DNA of 63,432 bases, the filler included, from Octopus bimaculoides (Eukaryota): the NCBI RefSeq assembly GCF_001194135.2. It is 8 parts of 8 records of this genome, joined end to end, with 100 filler letters (N's around TTAATTAATTAA, not from the genome) between each part and the next. Parts side by side here need not be neighbours in the genome. Positions count along the whole stretch, not along the records: positions 1 to 25,937 come from NC_068984.1; 7 more parts are not named here. One strand, written 5' to 3'. The position numbers and the translations under genes were made by a program. The notes under the pieces were generated by a model, which ran no database searches, was not told where the DNA came from, and was given only the letters and a program-made list of their open reading frames with translations. Position 1 is the first letter of the stretch. Each line of letters begins with the position of its first letter. Below, piece by piece: positions 1-12,839 of this stretch.

Positions 1-1424
1 ACAAGATATTAAATAACATGCAAAGATGAATTTTTGATTTTTTTAATTATCACACCCTCTAAAGAGAGTAGGCCAAGTGCTTGATAGCAATTGGAGCCAA
101 CCAACCCTGAATGAGAAAAGGAGATAATCTCCCTCTGGCTCATAGAACCGAATAGCTTCAGGGTACTGGACTGCCGTTGGTCAACTTAGGCCACATGAAC
201 TTATCAGTTTGGTAGCGACATCGATTTCTGTTCAGAATTGCTAGGACGCGTACTAGAAGAGGTTGTTGGCGACGACGAGACTCTGTCTAGGAAGGGAGGA
301 TCGCTGGTGTGTGAGTGCGTACATATATTTTATGGGTGTGTGTATCTGATACATATACGTTTGTAACTGCTTTGTATGTGTGTGCAGATGTGTGCTGGTG
401 TGTGTATGAGTATTTGTGTATTGTCTGTATTAGCACATTTGTGTATGTATGCGTGTATGCACCTGATGCGTGAGCATGTGTATGTGGTGTGCGTGGGCGA
501 GTATCTGCTACGAATATGTGTGTGTTTGTATCTGATCTGTGTGTGTGCCGTCGTTTATCAGTTGAAAGCTGCTGCTGGTTAGACAAGTATGAGCGCATAC
601 ATCTGGTGTATGTGCATGTATGTATGCGGTGTGTGTGTATGCATTTGTCATGTATGCGCGCAAGACCAAGAACAACATCTATATGACCCTGCCCACAGTT
701 ATTGTAATAAATTACCTGCGCAGAATCATGAAAATTTCCTGAACAAAAATGGTAAAGAACGGTGTGATGAAAGAGAGAGAAGTATTGTCATCAATGAAAG
801 ATCTAATCTGGAAAACACCACCTGAAAACTTCTCCTACGCTGTAAAGATACAGGCAATAAAATTCTTAGAAAAATTTAAGCATGTAAGAATAATGGCGTT
901 GGAATATGTACGCCATCAAAGCGAAGCTTTGACGATGCCCATTGTTTTGTTTAGAAGAGAACATTGTTTATATTCTTTGGGGTGTGGTCGTATGACAATG
1001 GAGATGGTAGATAGAAATATAGGTAGGTAGATAGGTAGGTAGATAGGCTGATATATATATATATATATATATATANNNNNNNNNNNNNNNNNNNNNNNNN
1101 NNNNNNNNNNNNNNNNNNNNNNNNNNNNNNNNNNNNNNNNNNNNNNNNNNNNNNNNNNNNNNNNNNNNNNNNNNNNNNNNNNNNNNNNNNNNNNNNNNNN
1201 NNNNNNNNNNNNNNNNNNNNNNNNNNNNNNNNNNNNNNNNNNNNNNNNNNNNNNNNNNNNNNNNNNNNNNNNNNNNNNNNNNNNNNNNNNNNNNNNNNNN
1301 NNNNNNNNNNNNNNNNNNNNNNNNNNNNNNNNNNNNNNNNNNNNNNNNNNNNNNNNNNNNNNNNNNNNNNNNNNNNNNNNNNNNNNNNNNNNNNNNNNNN
1401 NNNNNNNNNNNNNNNNNNNNNNNN

Positions 1425-2342
1425 TCTTCTCATTTAAATATAAACAAACGCGGGCGTAGCGGAGAACCCATCCCTTGTCATCACGTGACTGATTATTATT
1501 CGAAGCGGCAACTTCTTCGAACCGTTCCCGCCAGAACGCAAACTGACCAATCACGGCCCCTAATAAGGTCACGTGATAGAGTATTTTTCTGAAGCCTTCG
1601 GGAGCCGATGGTTTGTTATAAATAGCTTTAACTCGGCGGCCAAATTCGTCTCGGTTCAGTTTCTCTTTGAGATCTGTTCCGTGTACCACACGACAGCAGC
1701 AGCGGCAGCCAGTGACACATCAACAGCTTCGTCCAACGATGACCACCCACCGCCGTCACCACATCAGCAACATGAGTCTACGACTACTAACCAGCATCAT
1801 CGTCAGGACCAACACGATTCTACGATTACTACCAAGCAGCCTCTTCACCACCAGCGTCAACATGACTTTCTATGTACACCAATCCAAACCACCGCGGCAC
1901 ATCTCTCTCTTTGATTCTGTTAGATGACTCAGCTTCACCACGATAAATAAACAGACAAGAATTTCAGCCAGCGACGAACATCTGTATAACAAGAATCACG
2001 GCCCGGCATCGATGCCACAACATCACAACTAGTGATCAGCTATGCCACACTCACAGCCTCAACTACTCTCACATACAGACTCATACTATTGTGTACTCAA
2101 GAACTGGTATAAATGCTCACGTGTTAATGACTCTTTCTATCTGCTGTAATATCTCACATACATATACATGTATCACTCACATACACACCTTTCTTTGTAC
2201 GACGGCCTGTCTTTGTTCTTATATGTCGCATTCACACTCTCACACAGACATACACTTTTATGCCACAATAAATATCTCTGTTATTCATCTCATACGGTTG
2301 TGGTCTTTCATTACTGGTCATCTATGCTATCGTAGTATAACA
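1425..2342 (+). mobile_element. LTR-like segment, possibly a solo LTR
   Basis: Two TCACGTGA boxes (1481, 1569), CCAAT (~1547), TATAAATA (1617), TCAGTT (1656), AATAAA (~2269) and a ...TATAACA end at 2342. The 5' end is lost in a gap; no internal genes are visible. Confidence 0.35.
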
Positions 2343-3038
2343 TATTTGTATATCATCTCTGATATATTATTTTGTGTTCGACCGTGTGACACGTTTTAAA
2401 TAAAAGGAGTCCTCTGTTTTTCCATTCGTCACCATATCTNNNNNNNNNNNNNNNNNNNNNNNNNNNNNNNNNNNNNNNNNNNNNNNNNNNNNNNNNNNNN
2501 NNNNNNNNNNNNNNNNNNNNNNNNNNNNNNNNNNNNNNNNNNNNNNNNNNNNNNNNNNNNNNNNNNNNNNNNNNNNNNNNNNNNNNNNNNNNNNNNNNNN
2601 NNNNNNNNNNNNNNNNNNNNNNNNNNNNNNNNNNNNNNNNNNNNNNNNNNNNNNNNNNNNNNNNNNNNNNNNNNNNNNNNNNNNNNNNNNNNNNNNNNNN
2701 NNNNNNNNNNNNNNNNNNNNNNNNNNNNNNNNNNNNNNNNNNNNNNNNNNNNNNNNNNNNNNNNNNNNNNNNNNNNNNNNNNNNNNNNNNNNNNNNNNNN
2801 NNNNNNNNNNNNNNNNNNNNNNNNNNNNNNNNNNNNNNNNNNNNNNNNNNNNNNNNNNNNNNNNNNNNNNNNNNNNNNNNNNNNNNNNNNNNNNNNNNNN
2901 NNNNNNNNNNNNNNNNNNNNNNNNNNNNNNNNNNNNNNNNNNNNNNNNNNNNNNNNNNNNNNNNNNNNNNNNNNNNNNNNNNNNNNNNNNNNNNNNNNNN
3001 NNNNNNNNNNNNNNNNNNNNNNNNNNNNNNNNNNNNNN

Positions 3039-3071
<33 letters not shown>

Positions 3072-3789
3072 AACAGTCACGAATACATATACACATACAT
3101 ATTTACATATATGCAAACTTAAATACACACACGCGTGCATATATATTTGTGTGTTTGTTTGTGTGTGTAATTTCAACGCTTTTGCAGCAACCGCCATATA
3201 CTACAGTAATTGCACACATGCAATAACGCAGCTCAAACATAAAGAATCTTTGGAGCATGATTGAGTTTTATATTATATCGTTTTCTCATAAAACTGTAGT
3301 ATTTCTAACACCAAGAATTATTAACAATAGCTGTAATAGGGTTATTACAGCCCTTCTGTTGAAGAAGGGTAGGATGTTATTATAGCTTACACTATAGAAT
3401 TCCGAAATAAATTGCCCATATATTTTGTGATATCTCGTAAAAATGTTGATTCAAATGTTACTGCATGCAACTTTGCCCTTCACTCCTTCCGAGGTCGATA
3501 GAATAAAGTATTATTTATTTTCATTACAGATTATGTAGAGTTAATAGTTATCAAAAGTAGCTTTCTTTCAAAGTCAGCTTGAACCACCTCGCAATCTTCT
3601 CCCGTTCGAATAATATTATTCACTTATGATGTATTAAAAATAATTGCTTTTTAAATTCACAACATAATTGTCTGTATTACGGAAAGGAAAATATTTATTT
3701 CGTAAACAGAAAACAAAACATGATTCACAACTGAATTTATTTCACTTTCTGCCGTATCTACATTATGAAACAGTTAATTCATGTACCTC

Positions 3790-4800
3790 AGGACTACAAT
3801 ATTTTTTCAATTGACAGCAAAACTGACTTCACGTTTTATAAGATGATTATGTCACAACCATCAGTTGTGCACCCATTTTTCGTGTCCTTCCGCAGCAGAG
3901 CTATTACTCTTCAACTCAAAGAACAATTAATCCTTTTTCTCTCTAATTTTAATACAAAGTTATTGAGATGTCTGCAAACAAGTTGGGCTTATATACGGAA
4001 AGCTTGCAGGGAACACCATCCAGACATGGAGGTTTGTCCTTGTACAAGTCACCACTGTTCGTGTTTCAGCTGATATTATCGGTTTTTCACTGCATTGTGC
4101 ATGTTTGGTTGAGAGTCACTGAATGCTGTTGGATTAAACACTGCACTGCTGGAAAGCTAAACACATCTACTTGAAACTGTGTAGCGGGGACCCATATCAG
4201 TCCACCAAAGACCGATTTGTGGCGTTGCTATCACATCGTGCCTCTTGAATAGCTTTCGTTCTAGAGCATTAGCTCTGTCTTCGCAGCCTTCATGTTTCGT
4301 ATTGAAAAAATTATTGAGGGCCTTTCTCGGCGCTGATGCCTTGGTCAAGAAAATATGTTTAGTTCCTTTTTCCAGTTAACTCCCTTTGTTGTCAATATTT
4401 CTGTAGCGTTACATCGTTTCATTGTTTCATTGCTAATCCTTATGGCTTCTACTTCGATACGTCTCTCTCTAGGGCGCTCCATCACTTGTTGATCTTTTCC
4501 GTGAAGTGATGCTCAATTCATTCGCTAATACAGTTGCTATAGTTTTTTGTGCACCGGGGAAGAGAAAGTGCGGATCACAAAATGGTGAACTCTGTAACTA
4601 AACAGTTCAAATTTTGGATATGCTATAACATACTTATCTGTAGACCTAACAATGGTTTTCCAAATTAGCACATTCGGGAAAATTAAGCATTTCTTGTCAG
4701 ATAGTTGAGGTTGTTTGAATTGATTTGCGAGGCTACAACACCCCTTCTTCTTTAGGTTTAAACAACACATTCTCATCGTGCATCAAATATGTTCTCTATT
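3790..4800 (-). mobile_element. Highly decayed DNA transposon coding remnant, possibly hAT
   Basis: Non-simple sequence with many stops. Weak resemblance to the hAT C-terminus (...ITSRKRSTSDGAP; ...VLLSIEK near 3805). Confidence 0.25.
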
Positions 4801-5534
4801 AACCACGCCATTCTCCGGCGCTCCTTCCTACAAAATAGCTTCTTGATTCGACAGTTATATATCAGTGACCAGGCCGCAGTAGGTGCGAGGAAAAGGTTTT
4901 ACACTAAATAACAGATTTATTTTATTGTTGCGAATTTGGTTCTGACTAAAAAGCACCGGAATAAAGCAGTAATGTAAGGTTAGAGAATCGCAGCTCTAGA
5001 CATTTGAGTCACGCAACCAAATCCTGTTAAATGTAAATCATCAAAAATAGAACAGACCCACAATTGCCAAACCACAAGAAAGTACGAAAAAGCATCAACC
5101 GCATTTTCTTTGGATGTTTATAACTAGTGAAGATCGAATGCAAAACACAAAAATAAAGAAATCACGACAATTAAAAAACAATAGATTTTAACAATAACGA
5201 TAGCTCTCATCCTCAAGGATATGCTCGACCATAATCAGAGATAAACCGAAGAAATCGGGTCTTGTTATCGAAAGCAAGAAATCGAATGAGATAATGATTC
5301 TAAAATACAGTCGGTGCGACGAAAAGGTTTTACACTAAATAACAAATGTATAAGTGAAGTTAACACCTTTTCCATGTTTTTCAATGGTTAACATGTATGT
5401 TCCACGCTGAAAATGTTTTCCTTTTCCAACAGACGGTTTGAGAACAAAGCACTTGCCAGACAAGTATATGTGTGTGTGTGTGTGTGTGTTTGTTTCTATG
5501 TATGTATGTAAGTATGTATGCATGTACGCATATT

Positions 5535-5588
<54 letters not shown>

Positions 5589-5619
5589 TGTGTGTGTGTA
5601 TATAGTTAAAGAAGTGATT

Positions 5620-5990
5620 TTTTTAAAGTCTCAAACTCAGGATAATGCTAATAATATAGCCTGAACAGGATAAACAACCCCTATTTTACAGCAAAATGTG
5701 ACGGCGGCCAAGCCGCCAACAGCACGTTGCTCCAATAATGGAACTGCAACTACAATGTTTCATATTTTATTTCTACTTTCATTCTCTTATTTCCCTCTAT
5801 ATTCCCTATCTCCGCCTTTTCCACAATAATCCCTTATTTCGAACTCAAACATTTACCTCTATTTAACCATCTCACATTGTCTCTGATGACGTGATGCCCA
5901 TAATATCCCAGAAACAGCTGTAAGGCTATATCTATATCTCTTTCCTTATAAATGTCTTGATAACTCCTCACAGCCTTGGCTTTGTTATCT
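5620..5990 (+). mobile_element. Penelope-like element terminal (pLTR) fragment carrying a hammerhead motif
   Basis: CTGATGA...GAAACAGCTGTA core followed by a pyrimidine-rich tail. Minimal hammerheads are an established feature of PLE ends. No RT or GIY-YIG sequence seen. Confidence 0.5.
5876..5929 (+). ncRNA. Minimal type-I hammerhead ribozyme motif, partly decayed
   Basis: GTCT-CTGATGA(5883-5889)-stem II-GAAA(5911-5914)-CAGCTG-TA^-AGGC; palindromic stem III ACAGCTGT; GUA cleavage triplet. Confidence 0.6.
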
Positions 5991-6000
5991 CTTTTTGTCT

Positions 6001-6375
6001 AGGCACGTAAATAGCACCATTTGACCGCCATCGTTACCAGCTTCGCCTTCGTGGCACTTGTGCCGGTGGCACGTGAAAAGACATTCGAGCGAGATCGTTG
6101 CCAGTGGCACTGGACAGGCTCCTGTGCAGGTGGCACGTAAAATACACCATTTTGAGCGTGGCCGTTACCAGTACAGCATGAGTGGCCTTCGTGCCGGTGG
6201 CACGTAAAAGTACCCACTACACTCTCGGAGTGGTTGGTGTTAGGAAGGGCATCCAGCTGTAGAAACTCTGCCAAATCAGATTGGAGCCTGGTGTAACCAC
6301 CTGGTTCACCAGTCCTCAGTCAAATCGTCCAACCCATGCTAGCATGGAAAGCGGACGTTAAACGATGATGATAAT
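6001..6375 (+). mobile_element. SINE-like retroelement with ~65-bp internal repeats and a (GAT)n tail
   Basis: GGCACGT(A/G)AA recurs at 6002, 6068, 6132 and 6199; the 3' part GTTAGGAAGGGCATCCAGC...GGACGTTAAA ends in (GAT)n. Confidence 0.6.
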
Positions 6376-6647
6376 GATGATGATATCGTGTGTTTACCTG
6401 TTTTTTGCTCGATGTTGATGTCCTGTACTTAATAATGTGTATTACACCCCACCACACACACACACATACATGCCTAAAACAAACATCTGCATATTCGAAA
6501 TGTTATGAATGATCTATCAATCAGAAATGAAGATAGTTGATTGGTAGGATTGTTAGTGTGTTAGACAAACGTTTTGCGCTAATTATTCTATTTGAGTTCT
6601 GAGTTCAAAGTCCCACGAGGACAATTTTGCCATTTTATGATCTGATG

Positions 6648-6756
<109 letters not shown>

Positions 6757-7398
6757 AGAATCGTTTAAGCTGTGCTGTGACAATATTGTAGTTAATCAAT
6801 AACAGCATATTTTATCCTTAAAAATGAAAGAACGCTGAGCTAAGGGCTAGCAATTTCTTCGCATCTTACATGCTACAAAACTGCGCAAAAAACATGGCGG
6901 ATGAGGACGGTAGAAATCACCGAAAACAAAGCATTAAATTGGAGTGCTTAGCAACTACTCATGCAGCACTGAAGGCGAGGGTGCGGACGATATGGTAAGC
7001 TGAAGTTTTACTGCAGAGGGAGGTAAATAAAAAAACCTCTCCCCAAATTCTGACCTCGCTCAGGTCACTTTCTTATATGCCTCTGTCGCAACAGAAGGAT
7101 GTTTATCCTTTTCACCTGCCTTACTGTCACTCCTTTGATGTGTCAACTCCGCACACTCCCGAACCCACCTACTAACAAGTCATATCTGTCACCCCATCCC
7201 CGCCAACATATGTGTGTACGTGTGAGTGTGTGTGTGTTTATGTGTGTGACTTTGAATTAAAATGTGTATACTTGCGTATGTATACAAACATACACACAGG
7301 TACATACACGTACACACACATAGACACACAGACACGTGTATATACAATTATACGTATGTACAAATAAATAAACATATATATATATATGTATATAAATA

Positions 7399-7431
<33 letters not shown>

Positions 7432-8070
7432 NNNNNNNNNNNNNNNNNNNNNNNNNNNNNNNNNNNNNNNNNNNNNNNNNNNNNNNNNNNNNNNNNNNNN
7501 NNNNNNNNNNNNNNNNNNNNNNNNNNNNNNNNNNNNNNNNNNNNNNNNNNNNNNNNNNNNNNNNNNNNNNNNNNNNNNNNNNNNNNNNNNNNNNNNNNNN
7601 NNNNNNNNNNNNNNNNNNNNNNNNNNNNNNNNNNNNNNNNNNNNNNNNNNNNNNNNNNNNNCCCACCTACTAACAAGTCATATCTGTCACCCCATCCCCG
7701 CCAACATATGTGTGTACGTGTGAGTGTGTGTGTGTTTATGTGTGTGACTTTGAATTAAAATGTGTATACTTGCGTATGTATACAAACATACACACAGGTA
7801 CATACACGTACACACACATAGACACACAGACACGTGTATATACAATTATACGTATATACAAATTCATATATATTTATATATATATATATACCTACATATA
7901 TATATATATGTATACATACACACATATATATATATGCATACATATATATATGTGTGTGTGTGTGTTTGTATGCACGCACACACACACACATATGCAAGGT
8001 AAAAGAGGGAGAAAACTACACAAATACATCTATATACATTATATTCATGTGTGTGTGTGTTTGTGTGTTT

Positions 8071-8121
<51 letters not shown>

Positions 8122-8589
8122 TGTGCGTGTGTGTACACCTGTGCCAATACTTTACTGTCGCTTGTTTTTATCTATGCAAGCGCGCCTCTGGTTGTGTTGC
8201 CTTTTGACACTTAATACCACTTAGCATCCATTTTCGGTCTAACTTCATTTCTTTATTTATTTATTCAGTATATATACATGTGTATCAATATATCTGTGTA
8301 AATATATGCAGGCATATATGCATGTGTGCATACATAATATGAACAAAATATATGTAAATATATACATGCATATATANNNNNNNNNNNNNNNNNNNNNNNN
8401 NNNNNNNNNNNNNNNNNNNNNNNNNNNNNNNNNNNNNNNNNGATTACATGGACCCCCCAGTGCTCAAATGCTACTTCTTTTATCGACCCCGAAGTGATGA
8501 AGGGTGAAGTCGACCCCGGCGGAATTTGAGCGCAGAACATGGAGAACAACGAAATGCCGCTTAGCTAACGATTCTGCTAGTTTGCATCC

Positions 8590-8650
<61 letters not shown>

Positions 8651-8724
8651 NNNNNNNNNNNNNNNNNNNNNNNNNNNNNNNNNNNNNNNNNNNNNNNNNN
8701 NNNNNNNNNNNNNNNNNNNNNNNN

Positions 8725-8798
<74 letters not shown>

Positions 8799-10093
8799 CG
8801 CGTGTAAAACACAAACGCACTCAGTGTTAAATTCATTTTCTCGTACCTGAACCAGATCGGTGATAATCAGTCATTGTCTTAGGATCTGATGGCACGTGTG
8901 ATTTCAGTCCCAACTGAAATGAAAACCTACAAATTACTTTTTTTATGTACATGTAGTACTGCGTGTTTTTCTCTGTTTGGCTTCGAGTCTAAATCCCTTT
9001 TTGTCTTACATTTTCAATGTGTTAACAAGTCAAAAAAACGTTTCATAGAAATTCTAGCGCTGACTATTTTTTAGTTATGTCACAGTTAAATAGTTTGGTT
9101 TACTATGTACATATTTCCGAAATTGTCGCTTTAAATACTGACAACCGTAGAGGTTGATTTTGTATTTATCCTTCAGTGCTTGATAAACTAATATACTAAA
9201 GTACTGGGGTCAATTAATCGAGTGTTCTCTTGTCTATCCTTGCAAAAAAATATAAAGCTTATTTTGAATATTATTATTGCTTCTGTCTTTATGTTCTGAG
9301 TTCAAATTCCGCCGAGGTCGACTTTGCCTTTTATCTTTTCGGGTTTGATAAAATAAATACCAGTTGAGCTCTAGAGTCGATATAATCAACTAGCCTACAT
9401 GAAATTGCTAGGCTTGTGCTTAAATATGAAACCGTTATTTTGAATATTAGGATTAGGGAAATGAAGGTAGAAACCTGGATGAATCTTTAGCACGTCAGTC
9501 ATGTCTTCCTGCTCAATACGTTCTGGATTCAAATACTGCCATGATCTACTTTACCTGTCATCTTATAGGGGTCGATAAAGCATAGTACCCGTCAAGTACT
9601 GAACCCGAAGTTGTCGACTCCCTCCTTCTTAAAATTTCTGACCTTGTGCCAAGATTAGGATAATATTTTGGCAGAATCGATTAGATTTCCAGCAAAATGT
9701 CTTGCGATTGTTCGTTACAAACCCTTAGGTTTTGAGTTCGAATGCCTACAAATGTCTACATTGCTTTCACCTTTTTGGTAGCAGATAAAATACAGCTGTG
9801 TAGTCTCCCTTGATGACTTTTCTAGAAGCACTCTTGCTGGATTGGTAGCACAATTCTGATTTGACCAAAGATAAAATACTTTACATGAAACATATCTAGA
9901 CAAAATGCAACTACTATCCGGGGTTTATATACTCAAATGCACAAATTTGTGGGGTAAGAGGGTATAACCGCACAAATTTGTGCCTGTGAGCTACTGTTAC
10001 TATCAATTGCATTGGCAGAATTGCTCTTGCGGCAAGGAATTCTCATGCTCAAGAATACAGAGCAGTACTTCAGAAAAATAAAATATAAATAAA

Positions 10094-10258
10094 GGAGTGG
10101 ATGTGTGGTAAGTAGCTTGCTTACCAACCACATGGTTCTGGGTTCATTCCCACTGCGTGGCACCTTCGGCAAGTGTTTTCTACTATAGCCTCGGGCCGAC
10201 CAAAGCCTTGTGAGTGGAATTGATAGACGGAAACTGAAAGAAGCCCGTCGTATATATG

Positions 10259-10289
<31 letters not shown>

Positions 10290-10506
10290 GTTTGTGTCTG
10301 TGTTTGTCCCCCCCCCAACATCGCTTGACAACCGATGCTGGTGTGTTTACGTCCCCGTAACCTAGCGGTTCGACAAAAGAGAACGATAGAATAAGTACTA
10401 GGCTTCCAAAGAATAAGTCCTGGGGTCGATTTTCTCGACTAAAGGCGGTGCTCCAGCATGGCCGCAGTCAAATGACTGAAACAAGAGAGTAAAAAAGAGT
10501 AAAGAG
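10094..10506 (+). mobile_element. tRNA-derived SINE, family A (CORE-like), full bipartite copy
   Basis: A-box-like TGG(A/C)TGTGTGG, B-box-like GGTTCATTCCC, CORE-like CACCTTCGGCAAGTG, and a repetitive tail. About 10 further copies occur in the window. Confidence 0.85.
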
Positions 10507-11149
10507 AGTATCAATACAAGTATAGACAATAACTCCTTCCTTTATTTTAAAATTACTTTCTATCATCGCAGCTGTATTGATGGAGTGCGGGGGGGGGGGA
10601 CAATAAAACCATCAATAGCTTAAGTCAATTATTTTGGATGCAAAGGAACGCAAATAGAACGTAACCAAACACCGTTCTGTTTACGTTCCTTTACACATAC
10701 ACACACACACACACATACACACACATACACACACACACACACAATTACATACGCACTTACTCATACACCACCTACACACACACACATGTGCATAATTATC
10801 AGGCAGCATTTGGCCCGCTTCCTATTTTACTAGCAGCCTTTCTGATTGTTCAAAGTCGATACTTATTAAGTCGAATTACTCTGTATTTTTTCCATGTTGT
10901 TTCCTGCTGGTCATAAGTCCCTTTCTTTTATGCTCTAAGTCATAATACTTTCTAACGTCCAATTGTTTACCTTAGTGATGTACATTTAACACACAAACAC
11001 ACAAACATACAAACATACATGCATACACACAAACATACATACATGCACATACAGACGTGCATTCTATATGCACAGACATGTTTATTCTAACTTGTAAAGG
11101 TTTATATTTTTATTAATTGACATTTTTATGTTTCAGGTTCTATCTGTAA

Positions 11150-12274
11150 TTGTTTAATCATCCAAAGAAGCTTTGGAACTGTCTGAATTTCAAAGAAGCC
11201 GTATTGTGGGTCATTCTGAAGATGGACATAGTCAGTGTAAAATTGCAGAAAACCTTGGGATCTGTCTTTCTACAGTTAATAGAGTGATTGTGAAATTCAC
11301 CAATAAGAGCAAAAAATCCACATCACCTCGCCCAGATCAACCAGAGCCTTCTGACAGGATCCTTCTCTTTGCTAAGAGGAGTGAGGAGGATAATCCTCGT
11401 TGCAAGACCTCTGATATATCAGAACAATTTCATGTCAGTCTCAAAACAGCTGTCAGGTAGCTCCACAAATTTAACTTGGTTACTATGGCAGAGCAGCAAG
11501 AAGAAAGCCACTTCTTCGACCAGCCAACATCACGCGGAGAAATGATTGGGCCAGTAAGACGGTGGAGAGACCACTAGCGTTTTGGGACACTGTCATATTC
11601 TCTGATGAGTCATTTGCTGTATTTCCTGACCGTGGTTGGGAGTGGGTCTGGAGACTCTGAGATCAAGAATTTTAATGTGAAAAGATTGTAGCCAATAATG
11701 AAATACGGCAGCTATTCTGTGATAGTCTGGGAAGCAATTTGAAGCAATGGTTGATCAGAACTGGTGGAGTATGAGAGAAATATAAACTTAGATGAATATG
11801 TGTCCATATTGAAGAAAGGACTTCTTCCAATCTCCTCCAGTGAGGAAATGGTTAAAGAAGACTTTATTTATTGAAGATGGGGCTCCTTGTCATACGGCTA
11901 AATGACCCAAGTTTTGATGGATGAGAATGGCATTAAAAAGATTCCATGGTCAAGCCAGTTACCAGATATGAACCCTATTGAACACCTCTGGGATATAATG
12001 GACAGGGCACTTCATAAAAAGAACAATAAAGCATCTTCAAAGCCAGATCTTTTGAGATTACTGCATGAAACTTGGCAAGAAATTCCACAAGAGAATATTC
12101 GCCACCTGATCAGTAACATGCCTAATGGGGTCCTTGCATTGAAAAAGACAAAGGGCGTGTCTACTAAATATTAAATATTCACATAATAACAATAAATAAT
12201 TTGAATGTATAATTTCAGATTTAAATAAATTTTAATGATTATAAGGGTGTCTATTTACTTCTGTCAAGTGTGTA
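11150..12274 (+). mobile_element. Degenerate Tc1-family (DD34E) transposon
   Basis: Paired-like N-terminus [12 protein letters not shown], then RRKPLL, IFSDES, EDGAPCH and PDMNPIEHLW; stops and frameshifts. A right-end TIR candidate ends CAAGTGTGTA at 12274; the left TIR was not found. Confidence 0.9.
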
Positions 12275-12635
12275 TGTGTAGATAGATAGATAAATAGATA
12301 GATAAATAGATAGATAGATAGATAGATAGATTCAACTGGTTTCTGCAAACCAGCTATCTAGTCTACCAAATATTACTCACATGATCACTCGTATTTGATG
12401 AGCGAATTTCTTAGCCACATGGACTTGCATGCATCAATTTTTATTTAACTGAAAGAAATATTTTTCAGGGGAAAATGCTGGAAGATGATTTTTATCCGAT
12501 GAAAGCAAATAAGATAACAAAGTTCAAATGGAGGGAAAAGGAAGCAGATGAACGAGTCATAGGATTGATATACTTTTATTTATTCATCGATATTCTGGTG
12601 GCATACATTAATGAATAATAATAACAAAAATTATT

Positions 12636-12839
12636 TCAAGTTTTTTGCCACAAGGGCAGCTTGTGGGAGGGGGTTAAGTCGATTACATTGACCCTGGTGC
12701 GCAACTGGTAATTATTTAATCGACACCGAAAGGACGAAAGGCAAAGTCGATCTCAGCGGATTTGAACTCAGAACGTAGCGGTAGACGAAATACCGTTAGA
12801 CATTTCGCCCGGCATGCTAACGATTCTGCCAGCTCGCCG

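Noticed and set aside
1425-1689. Minus-strand ORF MVHGTDLKEKLNRDEF...
   Set aside because: No recognisable domain; overlaps the LTR-like promoter on the other strand and runs into a gap.
3330-3369. Two adjacent short perfect hairpins (9-bp and 7-bp stems)
   Set aside because: Too short to distinguish from chance; no Helitron CTRR end or other context.
7164-7900. About 190-bp perfect direct repeat (7164 and 7662) flanking a gap
   Set aside because: Identical up to an (AT)n tract and then divergent; typical unmerged haplotype contig ends.
8591-8795. (CA)n-gap-(TG)n inverted arms
   Set aside because: The centre is unsequenced; it may be a contig orientation or join artefact.
10094-10170. tRNA-like heads with A/B boxes (also SINE-B and SINE-C heads)
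   Set aside because: They are 5' modules of SINEs and continue into SINE bodies; no complete cloverleaf.
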